This document shows positions 28,636-37,353 of a stretch of 64,000 nt of DNA, in pieces. The notes beneath the pieces were generated by a model. The model did no database searches. It was given only the letters and a program-made list of their open reading frames with translations, and was not told the DNA's origin. The first letter of the stretch is position 1. Each line of letters begins with the position of its first letter. Both the position numbers and the translations under genes were made by a program. The stretch is from Minisyncoccota bacterium (lineage in GTDB: Bacteria; Patescibacteriota; Minisyncoccia; Phycocordibacterales; Phycocordibacteraceae): positions 91,574 through 155,573 of the forward strand of contig JBAYHD010000001.1 of assembly GCA_041666305.1 (NCBI GenBank). Reading direction: 5' to 3'.

Positions 28636-29736
28636 ATGAATATTTCAATAGAAAAAAAAGAATTCTCTGAAGCAGTACACATCGCATCTCGTTTTGCGGA
28701 AAGGAAAAGCGGAACACTCCCGGTCCTATCATCTATTCTGATCCTTGCCGGTGATGATGGTATAAAAATGCGCGCCACGAATCTTGAAACAGGTATCGAT
28801 CTCAAGATCAAAGGTGAAGTGAAATCTAATGGGGTCGTCGCTATCCCGGCTGTCGTATTACAACAAATAGCCAGCTCTCTCACTCAAGAGGGAAATATCA
28901 CTCTGGAACATACTGGGGATATTGTTTCTTTGGTAAGCGGTACCGGAAAAAGCTCCATAAAAACGGTCCCGTATGACGATTTTCCGTCGATTCCTTTCCC
29001 GGAGAATCCTAAAAACAGGATAGTGCTTCCCGGAGTGCTCCTCCGTACTCTTTTTACTACCGTTGCATCCTGCGCTTCGACCTCAACCGTTCGTCCGGAG
29101 CTCTCAAGTATTTATTTATCCATCGAAGGAGGGGTACTGACCGCAGTCGCAACAGATTCGTTCAGACTGGCGGAGAAAAAAATTCCACTCTCGAACAAAG
29201 GAACACAAGGAAAATTCCTTATACCGGCAAAGAATGCAATGGAAATAGCTCAAGCGTTGCCGGACGATGACATTATTATGTCGTTTGACGAACATCAATG
29301 TGCGTTCGTCGGAAATACCGGGATGCTTGTTTCGCGGCTCACGAACGCCACGTATCCGGACTACCGACAGATTATACCGAAAGAATCAATAGTAGAAGCA
29401 GTGGTGCTCAGAAAAGATTTTGAAACAGCCTTAAAAAGAACTACGGTCTTCTCGGATGCATTCCAGAAAGTTCGAGTCAGTTTTGATCCAAAAAAGAAAA
29501 CACTATCACTTTTCGCTAAAAATACGGACATAGGAGAATCGACAGAAACACTCCCAGCTCAAATATCAGGGAGTGACCTCGACATTTCTTTCAACCATCG
29601 ATATCTTTCCGCAGTACTGGCGCTTACTTCTGCAGAAAGCATCTCGATTCTTGCTGCAGGCATCGGCAGACCCCTCATCATAAAAGGAGTTGGAGACACC
29701 TCTCTTCTCTATCTTGTATCCCCAATGAATCAGTGA
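28636..29736 (+). CDS. dnaN: DNA polymerase III beta sliding clamp
   Basis: 366 aa three-domain clamp; immediately downstream of dnaA. Confidence 0.9.
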   Translation: MNISIEKKEFSEAVHIASRFAERKSGTLPVLSSILILAGDDGIKMRATNLETGIDLKIKGEVKSNGVVAIPAVVLQQIASSLTQEGNITLEHTGDIVSLVSGTGKSSIKTVPYDDFPSIPFPENPKNRIVLPGVLLRTLFTTVASCASTSTVRPELSSIYLSIEGGVLTAVATDSFRLAEKKIPLSNKGTQGKFLIPAKNAMEIAQALPDDDIIMSFDEHQCAFVGNTGMLVSRLTNATYPDYRQIIPKESIVEAVVLRKDFETALKRTTVFSDAFQKVRVSFDPKKKTLSLFAKNTDIGESTETLPAQISGSDLDISFNHRYLSAVLALTSAESISILAAGIGRPLIIKGVGDTSLLYLVSPMNQ

Positions 29737-31896
29737 TCAGGTAGTTGTCGCAACGGTAGGGGCCGACAAAGGAACAGGAAGCATCACTCCACCCGAAAAA
29801 AGGTCGGGATGATTGAAATACCACGAAGAAACCCCGTATTCCCAATACGCGAACTGAGGGTCTTGTGCCGGACTCAAAGGAGAAGGTCCTTGCGGATTAT
29901 TCTTGTCGGTCCAATACAATAGGTCATGAGGAAAAATGTTTCCTTGCCCATCAGGGATGCGCCAGTTTCCTTGTAGCATGGGCGGGACAGTATTTAGGAT
30001 AGGGCTCGGCTCTCCAAAATACATTTTCGGGTATTTTGAAAGGGCATAGGCCATGACCTCGTGCCACATCGGTGCAGCGATGAAGCCGGCGATGGATTTC
30101 ACCATTTTTGAGTTGTCGTTATTTCCAACCCACACGCCGAGCGCGATGGATGGGGTATACCCGATCACCCACGCATCGCGCGTATCATCAGTCGTACCAG
30201 TTTTTACCGCGACATCGTACCCCTGGAACGAAAGGGGGGAATTAAGCGGATATTCTGGCAGGCGCGCATACGCATTAGAGAGCATCGCCGACATATCGTG
30301 CGCGATATTCTCAGGGAGTACTTGTGAGGGCTGGGGGGTGAATTGCGTGACGACATTCCCTCCAGCGTCAGTAACCTCCAAGATGCCCGTTGGAGGGTTT
30401 GTGATGCCACTGTTCGCAAAGACGGCATAAGCACCCGTGAGATCAAGTAACCGCACTTCGCCGCCGCCGAGCACGAGTGTGAGGCCGTACTGGTTCGGGT
30501 CGCCGAGGGTGGTAAGTCCGAATGATTTCGCGAGATTTATAGCGTTCTGGATACCGACCAAATAGAGAGTTTTAATAGCAGGGATGTTGATAGATTGGGC
30601 GAGTGCCGTCTCAAATGTCATGGGGCCGCGGAATTTTTCATCGTAATCGGAAGGCGCATAGCAAGGAGGGGTATTGTTGAAATTGTCGGACGGCTTGCAC
30701 GATGTTGAAAATTGCGTCGGCGTGTCGAAGATGACCGTGTCGCGCGTATATCCGTGCATGAGCGCAAGAGAATAAATGAACGGCTTCATCGTCGAACCTG
30801 GTTGACGAAGAGAAAGAGTCGCATTGTATTGGCCGTCGATGGCTTTATCGAAGAAATCTCGAGAACCGACCATGGCGAGGATCTGCCCAGTGGGAGGATC
30901 GATGGCGACAAGAGAGGCGTTCGAAGCTCTGAAACTTTTTTCGTTTTGCAACGCATACGCATTCACAATAGATTCGGCTTTGACCTCAAGATCGGCGTCG
31001 AGTGTTGTTGTCACCCGCAGTCCTGACATAAGAGCATTCGGTCCGTACATCGTTTCAAGTTGGTTGAGGATGTAGAAAACGAAATGAGGAGCAATGATGG
31101 CGTTTTGTCCTGCGGGAGCGAACAATACCTGTTCGGAAGAAGATTTCGCGTAGGTCGCAGCGTCGATAAATCCAAGCGTCTGCATCCGCTCCAGCACAAG
31201 ATTCTTTCGTGCATCAAGCTCAGCCCGATGAGAACCATACGGGGAATAATATGAAGGAGCCTGGATCATTGCCGTGAGATACGCGGCCTGAGCAAGGGAG
31301 AGATCTTTTGCCGGTATGCCGAAATAAGCCTCAGAGGCAGCCTCGATGCCATAGAGCGTGCCTCCATACGGGATGTTGTTGAGGTATGTCTCCAAAATTT
31401 GTTCTTTCGAATACACCTGTTCCAGTTTGATGGCGAGCACCCACTCATGGATCTTTCGGATGACGCTTTTTCGGCTCGTGAGAAGGGTGTTTTTTACCAC
31501 CTGCTGGGTGATGGTGGAACCGCCTTGGGATAAAGATCCCCCCGCGGCATCGGCGAGTATGGCGCGGAAGATTGAGGTAAGACGGATTCCTCCGTGTTCA
31601 TAGAAGCTTGAATCCTCAACCGCTATCGTGGCGTTGATGGTGTTCGGCGAAATATTGGTAATGGGCACAATTTCGCGCTTCGCATCGCGATTGTAGTCGT
31701 AGAGCAGAACCTGGCCGGTGCGGTCGTAGATCTTTGTCGACTGATCTACTTGCCGAGAGGCGAAGGAGCTGATGTCGGGTACCGGAGTTACGGCGACCGC
31801 CACAAAGATTCCGCCTGCCAGAAAAAAACCGAGCCCAAAGAGGGCGAGAACGGATGCGAGGAGCGTATGGCGCCATGGGGCGTGCCGACTAGCCAT
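29737..31896 (-). CDS. class A penicillin-binding protein (transglycosylase/transpeptidase)
   Basis: GT51 motifs (EDSSFYEHGG, GGSTITQQ) and SxxK transpeptidase domain; N-terminal TM. Confidence 0.85.
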   Translation of the reverse strand: MASRHAPWRHTLLASVLALFGLGFFLAGGIFVAVAVTPVPDISSFASRQVDQSTKIYDRTGQVLLYDYNRDAKREIVPITNISPNTINATIAVEDSSFYEHGGIRLTSIFRAILADAAGGSLSQGGSTITQQVVKNTLLTSRKSVIRKIHEWVLAIKLEQVYSKEQILETYLNNIPYGGTLYGIEAASEAYFGIPAKDLSLAQAAYLTAMIQAPSYYSPYGSHRAELDARKNLVLERMQTLGFIDAATYAKSSSEQVLFAPAGQNAIIAPHFVFYILNQLETMYGPNALMSGLRVTTTLDADLEVKAESIVNAYALQNEKSFRASNASLVAIDPPTGQILAMVGSRDFFDKAIDGQYNATLSLRQPGSTMKPFIYSLALMHGYTRDTVIFDTPTQFSTSCKPSDNFNNTPPCYAPSDYDEKFRGPMTFETALAQSINIPAIKTLYLVGIQNAINLAKSFGLTTLGDPNQYGLTLVLGGGEVRLLDLTGAYAVFANSGITNPPTGILEVTDAGGNVVTQFTPQPSQVLPENIAHDMSAMLSNAYARLPEYPLNSPLSFQGYDVAVKTGTTDDTRDAWVIGYTPSIALGVWVGNNDNSKMVKSIAGFIAAPMWHEVMAYALSKYPKMYFGEPSPILNTVPPMLQGNWRIPDGQGNIFPHDLLYWTDKNNPQGPSPLSPAQDPQFAYWEYGVSSWYFNHPDLFSGGVMLPVPLSAPTVATTT

Positions 31897-32148
31897 TCCG
31901 CGTATGGTACCACACGGCCCCGCTTTAGTGCGGGGCCGGCGGGCGCTCTATTTAGTTAGTATGTATCTTTTTCGTCTTCGTCTTCGAATTCTGGTTCGAT
32001 GCCGGGGGTCATCTCTTCTTCACCATCGATGTCCTCATAAGGATTCGTATCACCCATATGGATAGATTTAGATTTAATCCCGCGAAGGGACGGTTACATT
32101 TGAACAAATTATTTCCCGTATGCAAGCATCTTTTGCTTATCCTGTGGA

Positions 32149-32625
32149 TTACCGGCGCAAAAGGCCGGAAGCGAGCGCGGTAATGCCTATTGCTATGGCG
32201 TCCAACTCATCATCCAACCGTTTCTTTTTCGAAAGGGTGAGAAGTTGGGGGACCATTCGGGCGACCGCGCCTTTGTCCGCTCCGCCGTGGCCGGTGACCG
32301 CCAGTTTTACCTGTTGAGGAGAACACTCTATGACCGGAAGAAAAGCACTGCCGGCTGCGGCAAGTATTGCGCCGCGCGCTTCCGCGACGCCGAGTGCGGT
32401 TTTTTTGTTCACGCTGAAGAAAAGAGTTTCTATGGCGAGCGCGTCTGGTTTGTATTCCGTGATCGCATCGGTGACGCCGCCACTCACGCGCGCGAGGCGG
32501 TCTTCGCGCGCCCCTTTGTCGGGAATAATGCAATCGCTCCACAAGAGCGTCGGTCGCGACGGATCTCCTTCGATGACGGCGATGCCGAGCCGGTCGTAGC
32601 CCGGGTCAATCGCCAATATTCTCAT
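32149..32625 (-). CDS. ruvC: Holliday junction resolvase RuvC
   Basis: start at MRILAIDPGY; RuvC catalytic Asp/Glu pattern. Confidence 0.85.
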   Translation of the reverse strand: MRILAIDPGYDRLGIAVIEGDPSRPTLLWSDCIIPDKGAREDRLARVSGGVTDAITEYKPDALAIETLFFSVNKKTALGVAEARGAILAAAGSAFLPVIECSPQQVKLAVTGHGGADKGAVARMVPQLLTLSKKKRLDDELDAIAIGITALASGLLRR

Positions 32626-33160
32626 ACCCGCGAGCGTTGGTGAACACTTGCTGCACATCATCATGCTCGTCAAGCGCTTCGAGGATGGCGCCGAGACTCG
32701 TTTCATCATCGCCGCTGACTTCCATAAGCGGCTCATTCGGAATGTATTCGTTTCCTGTTTTTGTAAATGCCCAACTTGCGGCGCCGGGATTTGCGAGTTC
32801 AACGCCCTGCAGTATGAGCAAGTGTTTGATTTCTTGCGTCGTGCGGTTCTTGTTGTCGGTGAGGGCGTCGATTATGAGCGCGGTGCCGCCCGGACCGTAC
32901 GCTTCATACACAACCTGTTCGAGATTCCCGGAATCTTTTGAAATGCCCTTTGCGATGGCGCGCTCAATATTATCTTTCGGCATATTTGCGGCTTTGGCGC
33001 GCGCGATGACGACGGTAAGGCCCGGGGCGGTGAGGATGCCGTTCGCTTTCTTCGATTCAAGCGCGATAAGACGTGCGTAACGCGAGAAGACGCGACTTTT
33101 CGCCGAATCGGTGACGGCTTTCTGCCGTTTTATCTGGGACCATTTGCTGTGACCGGACAT
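32606..33160 (-). CDS. YebC/PmpR family DNA-binding regulator
   Basis: MSGHSKWSQIKRQKA N-terminus characteristic of YebC family; short (184 aa) form. Confidence 0.8.
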   Translation of the reverse strand: MSGHSKWSQIKRQKAVTDSAKSRVFSRYARLIALESKKANGILTAPGLTVVIARAKAANMPKDNIERAIAKGISKDSGNLEQVVYEAYGPGGTALIIDALTDNKNRTTQEIKHLLILQGVELANPGAASWAFTKTGNEYIPNEPLMEVSGDDETSLGAILEALDEHDDVQQVFTNARGYENIGD

Positions 33161-33162
33161 AG

Positions 33163-34164
33163 CTAGAACATAGCACCGGCATCTTCACCGTTCAAATACG
33201 CACGACCTTGCTGTGTGAGAATACGCCCGCGCGGCGAGCGTTCGATGAAGCCAAGACGGAGCAGATAGGGCTCATAGACGTGCTCCACCGTGTCCGGATC
33301 CTCGTGCAGGCCGGATGCGATAGCGCGAACGCCCGCCGGGCCGCCGCGAAAACTTTTGAGAAGGGTTTCCAGATATCGGCGGTCGTCTTTAGTGAGCCCG
33401 CGCGCATCGATGCCGAACAATTCGCACGCCTCATCGCATAGTTCGGGGGAAAGTTTCCGGTCGTGGACTTCGGAGAAATCGCGCACGCGTTTCAGAAGAG
33501 CGTTCGCAACGCGCGGCGTCGCACGGCTTCGCGCCGCGATGCGCTCGATGACGTTCTCCGGAGCTTTAAGATCAAGGAGAAGTGCGGAGCGGCGGATGAT
33601 GTCGCGTAAATCGTCGTCGTTATAAAAATCGAGCTGGAAGATGCCGCCGCCGAAACGAGAACGGAGCGGTCCTGAAAGTTCGGCGACGCGCGTTGTTGCG
33701 CCGATAAGTGTGAAAGGAGAAAGAGCGAGTTCTACCGTGCGTGCCGACGGCCCTTTCCCAAGCACGATATCAAGATGCCCGGATTCAAGTGCAGGATACA
33801 GAAGTTCTTCAATTTTTCGTGAGAGACGGTGAATTTCATCAATGAAGAGCACGGTACCCGGTTCAAGATTGGTGAGAATCGCGGCGAGGTCGCCTGCGCG
33901 CTCAATGGCAACACCCGAAGTACTCTTCATCGGTGCATCAAGGGTCGCAGCAACAAGGTGTGCGAGTGTCGTTTTGCCGACGCCCGGTGGTCCGTAGAAA
34001 AGAATGTGTTCCGGCATCCCGCCGCGCTTCTTCGCGGCATCAATAGAAATGCGCACGTTCGCTTTAACCTGCTTTTGGCCGACGTATTCGTCCCAATTAC
34101 CGGGGCGTAGCGCCGCATCGAGCGATTTCGGTAGGGAAGCGAGGGGCGACGGTGCTCTTGACAT
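33163..34164 (-). CDS. ruvB: Holliday junction branch-migration ATPase RuvB
   Basis: Walker A GPPGVGKTT, sensor motifs, winged-helix C-domain. Confidence 0.9.
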   Translation of the reverse strand: MSRAPSPLASLPKSLDAALRPGNWDEYVGQKQVKANVRISIDAAKKRGGMPEHILFYGPPGVGKTTLAHLVAATLDAPMKSTSGVAIERAGDLAAILTNLEPGTVLFIDEIHRLSRKIEELLYPALESGHLDIVLGKGPSARTVELALSPFTLIGATTRVAELSGPLRSRFGGGIFQLDFYNDDDLRDIIRRSALLLDLKAPENVIERIAARSRATPRVANALLKRVRDFSEVHDRKLSPELCDEACELFGIDARGLTKDDRRYLETLLKSFRGGPAGVRAIASGLHEDPDTVEHVYEPYLLRLGFIERSPRGRILTQQGRAYLNGEDAGAMF

Positions 34165-34507
34165 AAAATTACTGTGTTGCTATTATCTTATCACACCCAG
34201 ACAGTAAAAGACGGCGTTGCTCCTCTGTGTCAAATAATCAATTTTGCGCATCGAGTGCATCATGCACCCGGTGTGTGAGTTCGACAATAGGCAAGAGAGC
34301 AAAAATAACACCGTCTTTACATGCTGGGCATGGTTTTTTGTTCCTGTTCATACTCCTCTAGGCAAGGCTTGACGGCTTCGGGCGTTTCCCCAAGGATTTT
34401 CTGGTTTGGTACTCCGGTACCGATGCTGGGATGTTCCTCAGGTGCTACGTCCACCCCGCTTAATTGCGGGTTATTGCCTTGAGGACTATGGACGGGATTT
34501 TGTGTTT

Positions 34508-36178
34508 TTAGCGCGGAAGGTCGACGGTCGCGGCGACTTCGGAAAGAGAGGTGATGCCGGCGAGCGCTTTGATGATGCCGTCTTGCGCCATAGTGAGATA
34601 ACCTTGTTTGGTAGCGAGTTTCGCAATTTCGTTTTCAGGCGGATTGTCGCGCAGGAACTCCGCGAGCTCGTCATCCATAAATATCGCTTCATATAAACCA
34701 ATACGACCTTTGTAGCCGGTTTCTTCGTCATTCGCCGGAGCTGGTTCCCACACGGTCTCAATGTTCTCGGGTATCAAAGATTTATCGGCAAGCGGTTCAA
34801 ACACTTTCGTAATCATTTTTTTCTCTTCCGCGGTGAGAGGGCGTTCTTTTTTCTTATTCGGGTCCAGCGTGCGAACGAGGCGCTGCGCCATGGAGACCGT
34901 GACGGCAGAACCAAACGACTTCGGGTCCGCGCCGAGATCCGCGAGGCGCGGGAAGGTGCCGGCGGCATCGTTCGTGTGGAGCGTGGAGAAGACGAAGTGG
35001 CCCGTGAGCGCCGCTTGGATGGCGATGTCTGCAGTCTCGCCGTCGCGAATTTCGCCGACCATGATGATGTCCGGGTCTTGGCGCACAATTGATTTCAAGC
35101 CTTCGGCGAATGTGTATTTCTTGCCCTCCACTTGCGTTTGTACGATACCCGGAAGATGGTACTCGATCGGATCCTCGATCGTGATGATCTTTATTTCCGG
35201 CGAATGGATTTCGCGGAGAAATGAATAGAGCGTCGTCGTTTTTCCGCTACCGGTAGGACCGGTGGTCAGCAGCATGCCGTGCGATTTCCGTATTTCTGCT
35301 TCAAGGCGGGCAAGAAGTTTTGGATGGATCCCTAATTCTTTATACGACACTTTGGTCGTCGCAGGATCAAGGATGCGCATCACGATGGACTCCCCGTAAT
35401 TTCCCGGAATGAACGACACGCGCACTTCTACTTGGTAGTCTCCTTTTGCAACGCTGAACCGCCCGTCCTGCGGACGATTGGTTATGTTGAGCTTGGCTCC
35501 AGAAAGGAGTTTGATGCGCGAATTAAGCTGGTGATAGACCGCGGGATCGAAGTGATAGGTGTCGGAAAGAAGGCCGTCGATGCGCAAACGGAGGAGCGTG
35601 TTCTCTTCTCCCGGCTCAAGATGGACGTCCGAGGCGCGAAGTGCGAATGCACCGGCAAGGATGAGTTCAAATATGTGCGAGACACGGTCGAGGGATTTGA
35701 CCGCAATAGCGGCATCAAGCCCTTGCGTGAGTGAGCTCCGCGTCTGGCTTTCGCTCGTAAGTTTTGCGAGCGTTTCCGGCGCAACGATAAAAACACCGGC
35801 TTTTGATTCGGATGCATAGGAGAGATCGCTGTAACGCGAGAAGACGCGCTCGAGACTTTTCTTTGATACGAGAAATTCCTTGAGCGCAAATCCGCGTGCA
35901 ACGAGCTCTTCGCGAAGTTTCGCAAGCGCAGGATTATTCGGGTTCTGTACGGCGAGCGAAAGTACCTTCGCCGTTTTTGCGAACGCCGCCGCCTCGGCGA
36001 GGCGCGCTTCCTCTTCGGGAATGATGCGGAGCGCGTCGCCGTCTATCTCTTTCAGCGAAAGGTCGGCATACGAGAGACCGTATTTATCGGAGAGTATGCG
36101 CGCCACGTCCTCTTCCTCGCGCTCGTGTATGCCGGCGAGCTTCGCTTCTTCGCCGGCAGTATCAAACGGTGAATCCAT
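34508..36178 (-). CDS. second GspE/PilB-family secretion ATPase
   Basis: Walker A GPTGSGKTTT, Asp/His boxes, N-terminal GSPII_E_N domain; 556 aa (not PilT-sized). Confidence 0.85.
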   Translation of the reverse strand: MDSPFDTAGEEAKLAGIHEREEEDVARILSDKYGLSYADLSLKEIDGDALRIIPEEEARLAEAAAFAKTAKVLSLAVQNPNNPALAKLREELVARGFALKEFLVSKKSLERVFSRYSDLSYASESKAGVFIVAPETLAKLTSESQTRSSLTQGLDAAIAVKSLDRVSHIFELILAGAFALRASDVHLEPGEENTLLRLRIDGLLSDTYHFDPAVYHQLNSRIKLLSGAKLNITNRPQDGRFSVAKGDYQVEVRVSFIPGNYGESIVMRILDPATTKVSYKELGIHPKLLARLEAEIRKSHGMLLTTGPTGSGKTTTLYSFLREIHSPEIKIITIEDPIEYHLPGIVQTQVEGKKYTFAEGLKSIVRQDPDIIMVGEIRDGETADIAIQAALTGHFVFSTLHTNDAAGTFPRLADLGADPKSFGSAVTVSMAQRLVRTLDPNKKKERPLTAEEKKMITKVFEPLADKSLIPENIETVWEPAPANDEETGYKGRIGLYEAIFMDDELAEFLRDNPPENEIAKLATKQGYLTMAQDGIIKALAGITSLSEVAATVDLPR

Positions 36179-36302
36179 ATGCGCATTATTCTACCATCGC
36201 ACTACACGCGGGAATGAACTGACGGATAGAAATACTGTGGTATACTGCAGATCAGAAGTCCCCCAGGAGTTGAACGGTTTAATTTTATGGAGGTACCAGG
36301 CT

Positions 36303-36698
36303 ATGAGGTTCTTAATGGCAGTTGCAGTTCTTTTCGTCGCAAGCCTAGCAGCTTCGCCCGCGTACGCGGCCTGCAACATCATCAACGGCCAGCAATATTG
36401 CGACAACTCAGTATTGCCCGAGCCAGCCGTAACGCCCCAAACGCCGGCTGTCCCGCGACAGCCGCCGGTGGTATATGAAGCCCCTCGTCCGGCATGTCCG
36501 CCCGGAACGTATTCGAGCGGTCGGCTGGACCAGTATGGCAGGCTCATCTGCTATCGCCCCATCCAAGTCTACGCGCCGGCATATGTTCACCCGTATTACG
36601 CATATCCGTTTTACTACGGGCCAAGCATATACCTCGGATTCAGCGGCCACTTCCACGGTGGCGGGCACAACGGAAGGCATCATGGCATCCATCGCTAA
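36303..36698 (+). CDS. small secreted Cys/Pro/Tyr/His-rich protein
   Basis: GGAGG RBS; signal peptide MRFLMAVAVLFVASLAASPAYA; upstream ORF-track extension overlapping the ATPase rejected. Confidence 0.45.
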   Translation: MRFLMAVAVLFVASLAASPAYAACNIINGQQYCDNSVLPEPAVTPQTPAVPRQPPVVYEAPRPACPPGTYSSGRLDQYGRLICYRPIQVYAPAYVHPYYAYPFYYGPSIYLGFSGHFHGGGHNGRHHGIHR

Positions 36699-36778
36699 TG
36701 CTGCGCCGCAGGGCAGTAACCAGTGCGCCTATCACGAGGTAGGCGCACTTTCTTTTTGGGCGGTACAATGAACCCATT

Positions 36779-37222
36779 ATGGGAAAGGCTGTCCAGGCAC
36801 TGTCAGAATTTGAAGCCGAAGCCGCGCGTTTCGCGGGCTCACTTGCGCCGATTACGGGAAGTGCGACCCTCGTCACGCTTTCGGGCGAGCTCGGGGCGGG
36901 GAAGACTGCATTTACAAAAGCCGTTGCGAAAGCGCTCGGCGTTGAAGACACTGTGACCAGCCCGACGTTCGTACTCGAAAAGATATACTTACTTGGAGGC
37001 GAAGCCTCCAAGTTCAAGAGACTTATTCATATCGACGCATATCGTTTGGAAAAAGGAGACGATCTCGCACCACTCGGTTTCGATGAACTTATGAAGGATT
37101 CTGACAATCTTGTTCTATTTGAATGGCCGGAGAAGGTGGCGAGTGCGCTTCCGGTCCCCGCCGTACGAATATCATTTGTCGTGCAATCGAATGGGTCGCG
37201 CTTAATTTCATATGCCCGGTAG
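36779..37222 (+). CDS. tsaE: tRNA threonylcarbamoyladenosine biosynthesis protein TsaE
   Basis: P-loop GELGAGKT and TsaE family layout. Confidence 0.75.
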   Translation: MGKAVQALSEFEAEAARFAGSLAPITGSATLVTLSGELGAGKTAFTKAVAKALGVEDTVTSPTFVLEKIYLLGGEASKFKRLIHIDAYRLEKGDDLAPLGFDELMKDSDNLVLFEWPEKVASALPVPAVRISFVVQSNGSRLISYAR

Positions 37223-37353
37223 AACAACTTCAGATAGATTCTTTGTGCGTCAGGATTTCGCTCCAAAAACATGATATATGTGCCGTGGTAACGTTTACAT
37301 GATGAATCATACGAAGAATCAAAACGCACAATCCGAAGTTGTGCTCACCGGGT

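Noticed and set aside
31960-32064. 34-aa highly acidic micro-ORF on the minus strand (MGDTNPYEDIDGEEEMTPGIEPEFEDEDEKDTY)
   Set aside because: No RBS, no family similarity, and low-complexity acidic composition. Not enough evidence to call.
35880-36302. N-terminal 140 codons of the 272-aa ORF overlapping the GspE ATPase
   Set aside because: This portion is antisense to a conserved ATPase. The true gene starts at ATG 36303, which has a GGAGG RBS and a signal peptide.
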